From contig NZ_CP066018.1 in NCBI RefSeq assembly GCF_016127575.1, positions 2,670,001 to 2,702,000 of the forward strand: 32,000 nt of DNA, in the 5' to 3' direction. Below, piece by piece: positions 20,970 to 29,239 of this stretch. Source of the DNA: Cupriavidus necator (GTDB taxonomy: Bacteria; Pseudomonadota; Gammaproteobacteria; Burkholderiales; Burkholderiaceae). How positions within the stretch are numbered: position 1 is the stretch's first letter; every line of letters starts with the position of its first letter. Position numbers and translations under genes: made by a program. The notes below the pieces were generated by a model, which worked only from the letters and a program-made list of their open reading frames with translations, was not told the origin of the DNA and did no database searches.

Positions 20970-21623
20970 ATGACCGAATTCCTTCCCCCCTGGCCTTTGC
21001 TGACCGCATTCGTGCTGGCCAGCCTGGCGCTGGCCATCACGCCCGGCCCGGCCGTGGTCTATATCGTCACGCGCACGCTGGCGCAGGGCCGGCAGGCCGG
21101 GCTGGCCTCGATCGGCGCGGTGGCGCTGGGCAACCTGGGCAACGCGATCGGCGCCTCGCTGGGGCTGGCGGTGCTGTTCTCGGTATCGGCGCTGGCGTTT
21201 TCGGTGGTCAAGTACGCAGGGGCGGCCTACCTGATCTGGCTGGGCATCCGCGCCTTGCGTGGCGGCGCCGCGGCGGCTGACGGCGGCACGGTTGAAGCAG
21301 CGCCACGCAGCCTGCGCCAGGTGGTGCGCGACGGCTTCGTGGTGGCGCTGCTCAATCCCAAGACCGCGATCTTCTTTGCCGCCTTCCTGCCGCAGTTCAT
21401 GAACCCGGCAGGCTCGGCGCTGACGCAGAGCCTGGCACTGGGCGTGGCCTTCGTGCTGATCGCCGCGACCACGGACGCCTGCTACGTGATGGCCGCCGCC
21501 GCGGTGATGCCGGCACTGCGCCGCGCCGGCAGGGCGCGCGCGCTCGGCCGCTACCTGACCGGCGCGGCGTTTATCGGGCTGGGGGTATTTACCGCGGCGT
21601 CGGGCTCGCGCGCGGCGAAGTAA
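20970..21623 (+). CDS. LysE/RhtB-family amino-acid exporter
   Basis: The N-terminal signature is LASLALAITPGPAVVYIV, with about 6 TM segments. ATG at 20970 has GAGG 6 nt upstream. Confidence 0.8.
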   Translation: MTEFLPPWPLLTAFVLASLALAITPGPAVVYIVTRTLAQGRQAGLASIGAVALGNLGNAIGASLGLAVLFSVSALAFSVVKYAGAAYLIWLGIRALRGGAAAADGGTVEAAPRSLRQVVRDGFVVALLNPKTAIFFAAFLPQFMNPAGSALTQSLALGVAFVLIAATTDACYVMAAAAVMPALRRAGRARALGRYLTGAAFIGLGVFTAASGSRAAK

Positions 21624-21657
21624 GGCAGGACGGCAGGAAAGAAAAAACTGCCGCGGC

Positions 21658-22302
21658 TCAGCGCAGCGGCAGTTCCAGGATGCCGTCCGCGGCGGGGCGG
21701 GCGCGCATTGCGCTCAACCAGCGCTCCAGGTTGGGGCGCGACTGGTGCTTGAGCGGCAGCCCCATCCAGCGGTGCGCGGCGCAGGCCAGCGAGATGTCGG
21801 CCATGGTGAAGCGGTCGCCGCCGATGAACTCGCGCCCGGCCAGCGCCTTGTCCAGCAGTTCGGCCAGCGGCTCGGTGCGCTCGCACGATGCCTTGATGGC
21901 AGCCTCGTCGCGCTCCGCCTTCGGCTTGCGCACCAGGTTCAGGAACGCCGTCACCATGGCCGGGCTGAAGGCGGTGGTCTGCCAGTCCATCCAGCGGTCG
22001 GCCGAGGCGCGTGCCTTGACGTCCTCGGGCCACAGCGTGCCTTCGCCGTAGCGCGCGCACAGGTACCGCACGATCGCATTGGATTCCCACAGCACGAAGG
22101 GCTCGCCGCCGACATCGGTGCCGCGGAAATCCTCGATCACGGGGATCTGGCGGTTCGGGTTCAGGCGCACATAGGCCTCGGTGTCGAGGTCGCCCTTGGT
22201 CACGCCGATATCCACGCGCTCATGGTCCAGGTGCAGCTCGCGCGCGCACCAGACCACCTTCTGCACGTTGATGGAGGAGAGTCGGCCCCAGATACGCAAC
22301 AT
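21658..22302 (-). CDS. Glutathione S-transferase family protein
   Basis: The 214-aa protein has an N-terminal thioredoxin-like part (SINVQKVVWCARELHL...NPNRQIPVIED...ESNAIVRYL) and a helical C-terminal domain. ATG at 22302 has GGAG 6 nt upstream. Confidence 0.8.
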   Translation of the reverse strand: MLRIWGRLSSINVQKVVWCARELHLDHERVDIGVTKGDLDTEAYVRLNPNRQIPVIEDFRGTDVGGEPFVLWESNAIVRYLCARYGEGTLWPEDVKARASADRWMDWQTTAFSPAMVTAFLNLVRKPKAERDEAAIKASCERTEPLAELLDKALAGREFIGGDRFTMADISLACAAHRWMGLPLKHQSRPNLERWLSAMRARPAADGILELPLR

Positions 22303-22333
22303 TTCGGCTCCAGTGGTGATGCGCGTCCGGGCT

Positions 22334-23524
22334 TCAGGCCGCGCGCGGTTGCCTGGCGGCGGCCGCGGCGATGGCTTCGCGGAACAGCTCGCCAAGGATG
22401 GCCACGCCCTGCTCGATGCGCTCTGCCGACACCGTGACGAAGGCCAGGCGCAGCGCGTTGCGCTTCGGGTTGCTGGCGTAGAACGGCGCGCCCGGCACAT
22501 AGGCCACGTTGCGCTTCACGGCTTCTTCCAGGATCACCATGCTGTCCAGGCCCTCGGGCAGCTCCATCCAGATGAACATGCCGCCTTCGGGCTCGTTCCA
22601 GGTCACGCCCTCGGGCATATGGCGCTTGAGCGCATCCAGCATGTACTGGCACTGCTTGCCGTAGAGCTCGCGGATGGTCGGGATATGCGTGTCGAGCAGG
22701 CCGTCGCGGATGGTCTCGTAGGCCACGCGCTGGGTGAAGGTCGGCGTGTGCAGGTCAGACGCCTGCTTGGCCTGGCACAGCTTGAAGTGCAGCTCGGGCG
22801 GGGCGATCACGTAGCCCAGGCGCATGCCGGGGGCCAGGATCTTCGAGAACGAGCCCATGTAGATCACGCCGTCCGGATTCATCGACAGCAGGCTGGGCAG
22901 CTGGTCGCCGGTGTAGCTGAGCGCGCCGTAGGGATCGTCCTCGACCAGCAGCACGCCCTGTTCCTTGGCGCGGGCCACCAGCGCCTCGCGGCGTTCCAGC
23001 GGCAGGCGGCGCCCGGTCGGGTTCTGGAAGTTGGGCAGGGCGTACAGGAAGCGCGCGCCGGCGGTCAGCTCGGGCGTCAGCGCCTCGGGCAGCAGGCCCT
23101 TGTCATCGCTGGGGATCGAGACGAACTCAGGTTCGAACAGCGAGAACGCCTGCAGCGCGCCGAGGTAGCTGGGGGTTTCCACCAGCACCTTGCTGCCCGG
23201 GTCGATCATCACCTTGGCGATCAGGTCCAGTGCCTGCTGCGAGCCGGTGGTGATCAGCACGCGCTCGACCGGCGCGTCATGGCGCCTGGCGACGAACTCG
23301 CGCAGCGGCAGGTAGCCTTCGGTCGCGGCGTATTGCAGCGCCGCCTGCGGGTTGTCGGCGAATACGCGGGCCGTCGCTGCCTCCATGGCCGCTACCGGGA
23401 ACGAGGCCGGCGACGGCAGGCCGCCGGCGAACGAAATGACTTCCGGACGCTCGGTGACCTTCAGGATTTCGCGGATGGCCGAGCTGGTCAGTTGCTGTGC
23501 CCGGCGGGAGATGGCCCATTTCAT
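22334..23524 (-). CDS. PLP-dependent aminotransferase (class I/II fold, 2-aminoadipate/aromatic aminotransferase-like)
   Basis: The PLP-lysine motif is GSFSKILAPGMRLGY. The N-terminal SSAIREILKV...ISFAGGLP is typical of the LysN/Aro8-like subgroup. Confidence 0.85.
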   Translation of the reverse strand: MKWAISRRAQQLTSSAIREILKVTERPEVISFAGGLPSPASFPVAAMEAATARVFADNPQAALQYAATEGYLPLREFVARRHDAPVERVLITTGSQQALDLIAKVMIDPGSKVLVETPSYLGALQAFSLFEPEFVSIPSDDKGLLPEALTPELTAGARFLYALPNFQNPTGRRLPLERREALVARAKEQGVLLVEDDPYGALSYTGDQLPSLLSMNPDGVIYMGSFSKILAPGMRLGYVIAPPELHFKLCQAKQASDLHTPTFTQRVAYETIRDGLLDTHIPTIRELYGKQCQYMLDALKRHMPEGVTWNEPEGGMFIWMELPEGLDSMVILEEAVKRNVAYVPGAPFYASNPKRNALRLAFVTVSAERIEQGVAILGELFREAIAAAAARQPRAA

Positions 23525-23577
23525 GATGTGTCTCTTGTGGTCTGGGGGAGTTCTGGGCTGAGCGGCAAGCCTGCCGC

Positions 23578-23907
23578 TCAGTCAACGATAAATAGTCGTG
23601 CGCCCTTCGGCGAGGACGAACGGTGCGCTTCCGCCTGGTCGGCTACCTGGTAGCTGGTGCCCGCGCCGAGCACGAACTGCCGGCCGTCTTCCAGCTCGGT
23701 ATGGAGCTCGCCGTCCAGCACGAACAGGATATGGCCCTTGCTGCACCAGTGGTCGGCCAGGTAGCCCGGCGAATATTCGACCATGCGCACGCGGATGTCG
23801 CCGAACTGGCGCGTGCGCCAGGTGGCCTCGCCCTGCTCGCCGGGGTGGCGGGTCGGCGCGATGGCCGACCAGTCGGTGGTGCCGAAGGGCAGGTTGTCGA
23901 TGCGCAT
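23578..23907 (-). CDS. Cupin-fold small protein
   Basis: The 109-aa protein has the beta-barrel cupin pattern RVRMVEYSPGYLADHWCSKGHILFVLDGEL...SYQV. It lies 7 nt downstream of the RidA-family gene. Confidence 0.65.
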   Translation of the reverse strand: MRIDNLPFGTTDWSAIAPTRHPGEQGEATWRTRQFGDIRVRMVEYSPGYLADHWCSKGHILFVLDGELHTELEDGRQFVLGAGTSYQVADQAEAHRSSSPKGARLFIVD

Positions 23908-23914
23908 GCGGGCC

Positions 23915-24376
23915 TCAGGCCGCCTTCACTTCGGCGATCATCTCGATCTCGACACAGGCGCCCAGCGGGACCTGCGCCACGCCGAAGGCGCTGCGCGCAT
24001 GCTTGCCCTTGTCGCCGAACACTTCGGCCAGCAGCTCCGACGCGCCGTTGGTGACCAGGTGCTGCTCGGTGAATTCGGGAGTCGAGTTGACCAGGCTCAT
24101 CACCTTGACGATGCGGGTGACGCGGTTCAGGTCGCCCACATGCGCGTGCAGCGTGGCCAGCAGGTCGATGGCGATCGCGCGCGCTGCGGCCTTGCCGGAC
24201 TCGGTATCGATGTCCTTGCCCAGCTTGCCGGTCCATACCTTGCCGTCCTTGCGGGCGATATGGCCCGACAGGAACACGGTGTTGCCGGTTTGCGCGGCCA
24301 TTACATAGGCGGCGGCGGGGGCGTTGACGGCCGGCAGTTCGATGCCGAGGCGGGCAAGGGTGTCGTAGACGGACAT
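23915..24376 (-). CDS. RidA/YjgF-family (reactive enamine/imine deaminase-like) protein
   Basis: The YjgF-family pattern is present: VFLSGHIA...ARAIAIDLLATL...RIVKVMSLVNS...ARSAFGVAQVPLGACVEIE. GGAG lies 6 nt upstream of the ATG. Confidence 0.85.
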   Translation of the reverse strand: MSVYDTLARLGIELPAVNAPAAAYVMAAQTGNTVFLSGHIARKDGKVWTGKLGKDIDTESGKAAARAIAIDLLATLHAHVGDLNRVTRIVKVMSLVNSTPEFTEQHLVTNGASELLAEVFGDKGKHARSAFGVAQVPLGACVEIEMIAEVKAA

Positions 24377-24387
24377 GTAGGCTCCAG

Positions 24388-25392
24388 TCAGTGAATGCGT
24401 CCAGGGAGGATCGGTGGCGTTTCCGGGGCGGGGGCGGGTGCGCTTTGCTGCACGGCGGCGCGGCGGCCGAGGGCCACGACGGCGATCACCGCCACCGCGA
24501 AGGCGATGGTGGGGGCGTCAAGCGGCTCGGCCAGGATCAGCGCACCGCCCGCCAGCGTCAGGAACGGCTGCAGCAATTGTATCTGGCCGACGCGCGCCAC
24601 GCCGCCTTTTGCGAGGCCGGCGTACCAGAAAAGGAAGCCGACAAACATCGAGAACACCGACACATAGGCCATGCCGCCCCAGGCGCGCGGCGACGCCGCG
24701 GCTATTGCCGGCAGGTCGCGCAGGGTCAGCCAGGCCACCACCGGCACCAGCACCGGCAGCGACACCACCAGCGCCCAGCTGATGGTTTCCAGCCCGCCCT
24801 GCTCGCGCGACAGCTTGCCGCCCTCGGCATAGCCCAGCGCGCCCAGCACCACGGCGGCGAACAGGTACCAGTCCGCATGCTGCAGGCCGCCGGCACCCTG
24901 CCAGACGGCAAAGCCCACCACCAGCGCGCTGCCGGCCACGGCCGACAGCCAGAACGCCGGCGACGGCCGCTCACGCCCGAGCCAGGCGGCGAATACCGCG
25001 GTCGCCAGCGGCAGCAGGCCGATCACGATGGCGCCGTGGCTGGCCGGCACCTCGCGCATCGCCAGCGAAGAAAACAGCGGGAAACCCGCCACCACGCCCA
25101 GCGCGGTCACGGCCAGCCGCGGCCACTGGCCGCCGCGCGGGCGGCGGCTGGCGGACAGCGCGCCGCGCCAGGCAAGCAGCGCCAGCGCCAGCAGCGCGGC
25201 CAGCACGGCGCGCGCCAGTGCCACAAAGACCGGGTCCAGCTCGGCCACCGCCATGCGCGTGAACGGCAGCGTCTGGCTGAAGATCGCCACGCCGACAAAG
25301 CCGAGCAGCATGCCGCCGGAGGCCGGTGGGGCAGACGTCAGTGGCGGAGAAGCGGGGCGGCTGGCGGGCATGGTCGGGGTCTTGGTTGTCAT
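24388..25392 (-). CDS. DMT-superfamily (EamA-type) transporter
   Basis: The profile is a 10-TM type with two EamA-like halves. The start at MTTKT (25392) was chosen. Confidence 0.8.
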   Translation of the reverse strand: MTTKTPTMPASRPASPPLTSAPPASGGMLLGFVGVAIFSQTLPFTRMAVAELDPVFVALARAVLAALLALALLAWRGALSASRRPRGGQWPRLAVTALGVVAGFPLFSSLAMREVPASHGAIVIGLLPLATAVFAAWLGRERPSPAFWLSAVAGSALVVGFAVWQGAGGLQHADWYLFAAVVLGALGYAEGGKLSREQGGLETISWALVVSLPVLVPVVAWLTLRDLPAIAAASPRAWGGMAYVSVFSMFVGFLFWYAGLAKGGVARVGQIQLLQPFLTLAGGALILAEPLDAPTIAFAVAVIAVVALGRRAAVQQSAPAPAPETPPILPGRIH

Positions 25393-25417
25393 CGGCTCGG
25401 AATCGGATCGCCGCGGG

Positions 25418-26056
25418 TCACGGCACGCCCGGGCTGGCGCTGACCGCAATCCACAGCGCGGTCAGCGCCAGCGCCGCGCCCATGGCGCGGTTGAACCAGC
25501 TCACGCGCTGGCCTTGCTGCAGCCATTGCCGCAACGACGCGCCCAGCACGCCGTACACGCCGTTGCTGACAAAGCCCAGCACGGCGAACAAGCCGCTCAC
25601 CAGCAGCACGCGCTGCAGCGGCGAGGGCGCGCCCGTCATGTAAGAGGCCGCGACTGCCAGCGCCAGCATCCACGCCTTGATGTTGGCGTACTGCAGCACC
25701 GCCGACTGCCACACGCTGAGCGGGCGCAGCACCTGCTTCTGCGCCAGCACCGTGCTGCGCGCGATCTTCCACGCCAGCCACAGCAGGTAGGCCACGCCGG
25801 CCAGGTGCACGCTGGCGGCCAGCGCGGGCTGGCCCAGGATCAGCGCGCCCACGCCCAGTGCGCACAGCGCCAGGATGCTGGCAAAGCCGAAGGCCACGCC
25901 CACGCAGTGCGGCAGCGTGGCGCGCAGCCCGAAGTTGGCGCCGGTGACCGCGGCGATGGTGGTGTTGGGCCCGGGCGTGAACAGGCCCACCGTCAGCAGG
26001 GTCAGCAGGGCCAGGAACTGCGCGGCCGTCAGGCCGGTGAGCAAGCCGGACGCCAT
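25418..26056 (-). CDS. LysE-family amino-acid exporter
   Basis: The N-terminal signature is LTVGLFTPGPNTT, in 212 aa with about 6 TM segments. Its ATG overlaps the TGA of the upstream AlaX-like gene (TGATG). Confidence 0.8.
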   Translation of the reverse strand: MASGLLTGLTAAQFLALLTLLTVGLFTPGPNTTIAAVTGANFGLRATLPHCVGVAFGFASILALCALGVGALILGQPALAASVHLAGVAYLLWLAWKIARSTVLAQKQVLRPLSVWQSAVLQYANIKAWMLALAVAASYMTGAPSPLQRVLLVSGLFAVLGFVSNGVYGVLGASLRQWLQQGQRVSWFNRAMGAALALTALWIAVSASPGVP

Positions 26057-26769
26057 CACGCGAACGCGACCACCACGCGCCGGTTGGTGCGGCTCTTCTT
26101 CTCGATCCTGGTCACCACCACTGCGCCGATCTCGCTGGTGTTGGCCACGTGCGTGCCGCCGCAGGGCTGGCGGTCCACCCCGGGGATTTCGATGATGCGG
26201 ATGCTGGCCGTGCCCGCCGGCGGCGCGGCGCCGATGGTGCGCACCAGCTCGGGCTGGGCGGCCAGTTCCTGCGGCGTGATCAGCGTGGTGCGCACGGCGG
26301 TGTCGGCGTGGATCAGCGCGTTCAGGCGTTCGGTCAGGTCGGCCTTGTCCAGGGTCGATTCCGGCAGGTCGAAGTCGACGCGCGCCGACTCCGGCGAGAT
26401 GCCGCAGCCGGTCACCGGCACCGGGATCAGCGAGCCCAGCAGGTGCAGGCAGGTATGCAGCCGCATCAGCTTGTGGCGTCGCGCCCAGTCGATGGTCACG
26501 GTGACGCGCTCGCCCACGCGCGGCAGCGGCGCATCCGGTGCGGGCACATGCAGGATGCGGCTGCGGTCTTCGGCGTAGATGGTGTCGGCGATGGCCACCG
26601 TGCGCCCGTCGGCCAGCGCCAGCGTGGCGGTGTCGCCGGCCTGGCCGCCGCTGCGCGCGTAGCACACGGTTTCGTCGAGTTCGATCCCTTCGGCGCCGGC
26701 CGCCACCACGGTGGCGGTGCAGTGGTCGAGGTAGGGGTCTTCGTCGAAGCGCTTGCGGGTGGCGGACAT
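26056..26769 (-). CDS. Alanyl-tRNA editing protein (AlaX-type, Thr/Ala-tRNA synthetase second additional domain)
   Basis: The zinc/editing motifs HTCLH (HxxxH) and CGGTH (CxxxH) are present in a free-standing 237-aa protein. Confidence 0.85.
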   Translation of the reverse strand: MSATRKRFDEDPYLDHCTATVVAAGAEGIELDETVCYARSGGQAGDTATLALADGRTVAIADTIYAEDRSRILHVPAPDAPLPRVGERVTVTIDWARRHKLMRLHTCLHLLGSLIPVPVTGCGISPESARVDFDLPESTLDKADLTERLNALIHADTAVRTTLITPQELAAQPELVRTIGAAPPAGTASIRIIEIPGVDRQPCGGTHVANTSEIGAVVVTRIEKKSRTNRRVVVAFA

Positions 26770-26803
26770 CGGGGGTCTCCTGGTGGGCTTGTTCCGGGTG
26801 TGG

Positions 26804-27481
26804 CTAGCGCAGGGTGCGGATGCCCTGCGCGGTTTCGATTTCGGCGCTCAGTTCAGGCGGGCCGTCGGCCTGCTCGATGGCGATGAGGTGGTCGGCGCCC
26901 AGCCAGGCCAGCCCCTGGCGCAGCAGTTCGGCGCGCGGGTGGCGCCCGGACAGCCTGCGCAGCGCCAGGCCCTGCCGCGGCAGGCTGGCGCCGGGGTAGC
27001 TGGCCACGTCCCACTGGATCAGGCTGGGCAGCAGGCCGTCGCCGGCGCTGTCGGCTTCGCCCGGCCAGGCCGGCAGGCTGCCATCCTCGGGCACGGTGAT
27101 GCGCCAGTGCAGGCCGCCGCGGGTCATCGGGATGACCGGGGCGATGCGCTCCGGGTACTGCGCCTGCCACCGGCCCAGGTCGGCGGGGCGTTCCACGCGC
27201 GCAGCCCAGTGCAGCAGGAAGGGGCCGTCGCGCAGGCGCTGCTGCACGGCCTCGGTGTCCAGGCCGAACCAGCGCGCCCGGGCCGGCGCTGTTGCCGTCG
27301 GATCGACCGCGATCACTTCCAGGTAGACGCCGCCGAACATGCCCAGCACACGGTTGTGCGTGCCCATGGCCGTGTGCGCACCGCCGCCCTGGGGCGCAAT
27401 GCCCAGCAGGCCGGCAACATGGTCCGTGCCGGCGTCCAGATCGGGCGCGGCGATGACAAGGTGATCGAGGGCGAGCTTCAT
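26804..27481 (-). CDS. VOC (glyoxalase-like) family protein
   Basis: The N-terminal LDHLVIAAPDLDAG...GGAHTAMGTHNRV...YLEVIAVDP is typical of the glyoxalase-like (Glyoxalase_3) domain. It is the first gene of the minus-strand cluster. Confidence 0.7.
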   Translation of the reverse strand: MKLALDHLVIAAPDLDAGTDHVAGLLGIAPQGGGAHTAMGTHNRVLGMFGGVYLEVIAVDPTATAPARARWFGLDTEAVQQRLRDGPFLLHWAARVERPADLGRWQAQYPERIAPVIPMTRGGLHWRITVPEDGSLPAWPGEADSAGDGLLPSLIQWDVASYPGASLPRQGLALRRLSGRHPRAELLRQGLAWLGADHLIAIEQADGPPELSAEIETAQGIRTLR

Positions 27482-27509
27482 CTTGGCTTGATGGTAGACA
27501 AGGTAGTCG

Positions 27510-27553
27510 GTACAGTACCGGTACAGTTGAGCGGATCGTATTCAGTACAGTTG
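27510..27553. promoter_or_regulatory. GTACAGT repeat array in the divergent control region (candidate MocR operator)
   Basis: GTACAGT occurs at 27510, 27521 and 27545; the last two copies are GTACAGTTG. The first copy is embedded in the palindrome GGTACAGTACC. The array lies between the VOC start (27481) and the MocR start (27566). Confidence 0.45.
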
Positions 27554-27565
27554 CAGGAGCAGCAC

Positions 27566-29116
27566 ATGGATGCCAACAGCAGGGATGGCGACGCCGGCGG
27601 CGAGACCGCCACCGTCACCCGTCAGAAGGATAGCGGAGGCGACGCCCACAGCACATCGGGGCATACCTCCGGCCGCGCGCTGCGGCTGGTGGTGCCGCCC
27701 ACCGAGCGCTTCCCGGATCCGATCCCCTCGGCGCAGATGACGCTGGTCGAGCAACTGACCGAATGGGCCCGCATGCGCATCGACGAGCGCGTGTTCCGCT
27801 CCGGCATGCGCATGCCGTCGATCCGGCAGCTGGCCCAGGAGAAGGGCATCTCGCGCTTTACCGTGGTCGAGGCCTATGAGCGGCTGGTGGCGCTGGGCTA
27901 CCTGGAATCGCGCCGCGGCTCCGGCTTCTACGTGCGCGAGCGTGCCCCGGCCGCGCCCGCGGCGCCGGTGTCCGGCGCCGTGGCGGTGGCGCGTAATATC
28001 GACGTGACCTGGCTGCTGCGCAGCATGTTCCATACCGCCGAGGCGCACAAGGCGCCCGGACTGGGCTTCCTGCCCAATGACTGGCTCGACGGCGAACTGA
28101 TCGCCAGCGCGCTGCGCGGGCTGGGCCGCCAGCCCGGCAACCATTTTCTGGCCAGCGGCACGCCGCAGGGCTTCCTGCCGCTGCGCCAGCAGTTGCGCAC
28201 CCGGCTGGAAGAACTGGAGATCGGTGCCAGCGCCGAGCAGATCGTGCTGACCTCGGGCATCACCCAGGCCCTGGACCTGATCGCGCGGCTCTACCTGCAG
28301 CCCGGCGACACGGTGCTGGTGGGCGACCCGGCCTGGTTCGTGATGTTCGGCCGCTTTGCCGCGCAGGGCGCCCAGGTGATCGGGGTGCCGTACACCGCCG
28401 AAGGGCCGGACCTGGAGGCGCTGGAGCGCATCGTGCAGGCGCGGCGGCCCAAGCTGTTCGTGATCAACTCGGTGCTGCACAACCCCACCGGCACCTCGCT
28501 GTCGGCGGCCAAGGCCTTCCAGCTGCTGCGCCTGGCCGAGCAGTACGACTTCCTGATCGTCGAGGACGATATCTACTGCGACCTGTGCCCGCCCGGCCAC
28601 GCCGCCACCCGGCTGGCCAGCCTGGACCAGCTGCGCCGGGTGATCTACCTGGGCAGCTTTTCCAAGACGCTGGCGGCCAACCTGCGCGTGGGCTTTATCG
28701 CCGCGCACCCGGAGACGGCGTCGGCGCTGACCGACAGCAAGCTGCTGGCGGGGCTGGCCACGCCGGAGATCAACGAACGCGTGCTGTACAAGGTGCTGAC
28801 CGAGGGCCACTACCGCAAACATGTGGAGCGCGTGCGCACCCGGCTGGACCGCGCCCGCGACGAGACCCGGCGCGAGCTGGAGCGCCTGGGCCTGCGGCTC
28901 TTTCCCGGCCAGCACGCCGGCATGTACCTGTGGGCCGATACCGGCCGCGACACCAACGCGATCGCCACCGCGGGGCATGAAGAGGGCTACCTGTTCGCCC
29001 CGGGCAGCCTGTTCTCGCCGTCGCAGATGCCGTCGGGCTGGATGCGCTTCAACGTTGCCAGCAGCGGCCACCCGGAAATGCTGGCCTTCCTGGCGCGCCA
29101 GCTAGAACGCCTGTAA
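27566..29116 (+). CDS. MocR-subfamily GntR transcriptional regulator (wHTH fused to an aminotransferase-like domain)
   Basis: The GntR wHTH is MPSIRQLAQEKGISRFTVVEAYERLVALGYLESRRGSGFYV. The fold-type I PLP domain has GSFSKTLAANLRVGF. ATG at 27566 has AGGAG 6 nt upstream. The first ~55 aa form a low-complexity extension, so a later start is possible. Confidence 0.85.
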   Translation: MDANSRDGDAGGETATVTRQKDSGGDAHSTSGHTSGRALRLVVPPTERFPDPIPSAQMTLVEQLTEWARMRIDERVFRSGMRMPSIRQLAQEKGISRFTVVEAYERLVALGYLESRRGSGFYVRERAPAAPAAPVSGAVAVARNIDVTWLLRSMFHTAEAHKAPGLGFLPNDWLDGELIASALRGLGRQPGNHFLASGTPQGFLPLRQQLRTRLEELEIGASAEQIVLTSGITQALDLIARLYLQPGDTVLVGDPAWFVMFGRFAAQGAQVIGVPYTAEGPDLEALERIVQARRPKLFVINSVLHNPTGTSLSAAKAFQLLRLAEQYDFLIVEDDIYCDLCPPGHAATRLASLDQLRRVIYLGSFSKTLAANLRVGFIAAHPETASALTDSKLLAGLATPEINERVLYKVLTEGHYRKHVERVRTRLDRARDETRRELERLGLRLFPGQHAGMYLWADTGRDTNAIATAGHEEGYLFAPGSLFSPSQMPSGWMRFNVASSGHPEMLAFLARQLERL

Positions 29117-29140
29117 GTCACATCCCGGCAGCACCCGGGC

Positions 29141-29169
29141 CTTGAAAAATGGCCCGGGCGGCCCTATGT
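29141..29169 (+). promoter_or_regulatory. Sigma-32 (heat-shock) promoter of htpG
   Basis: CTTGAAA-N14-CCCTATGT matches the sigma-32 consensus CTTGAAA-N13-15-CCCCATNT. It is about 70 nt upstream of the htpG ATG. Confidence 0.65.
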
Positions 29170-29239
29170 CTGGCGGCACCGGCCACAGGACCGTGGCCAC
29201 ACCGACTTTCCAGATTCGCCTGTTTCCAAGAGGAGAACC

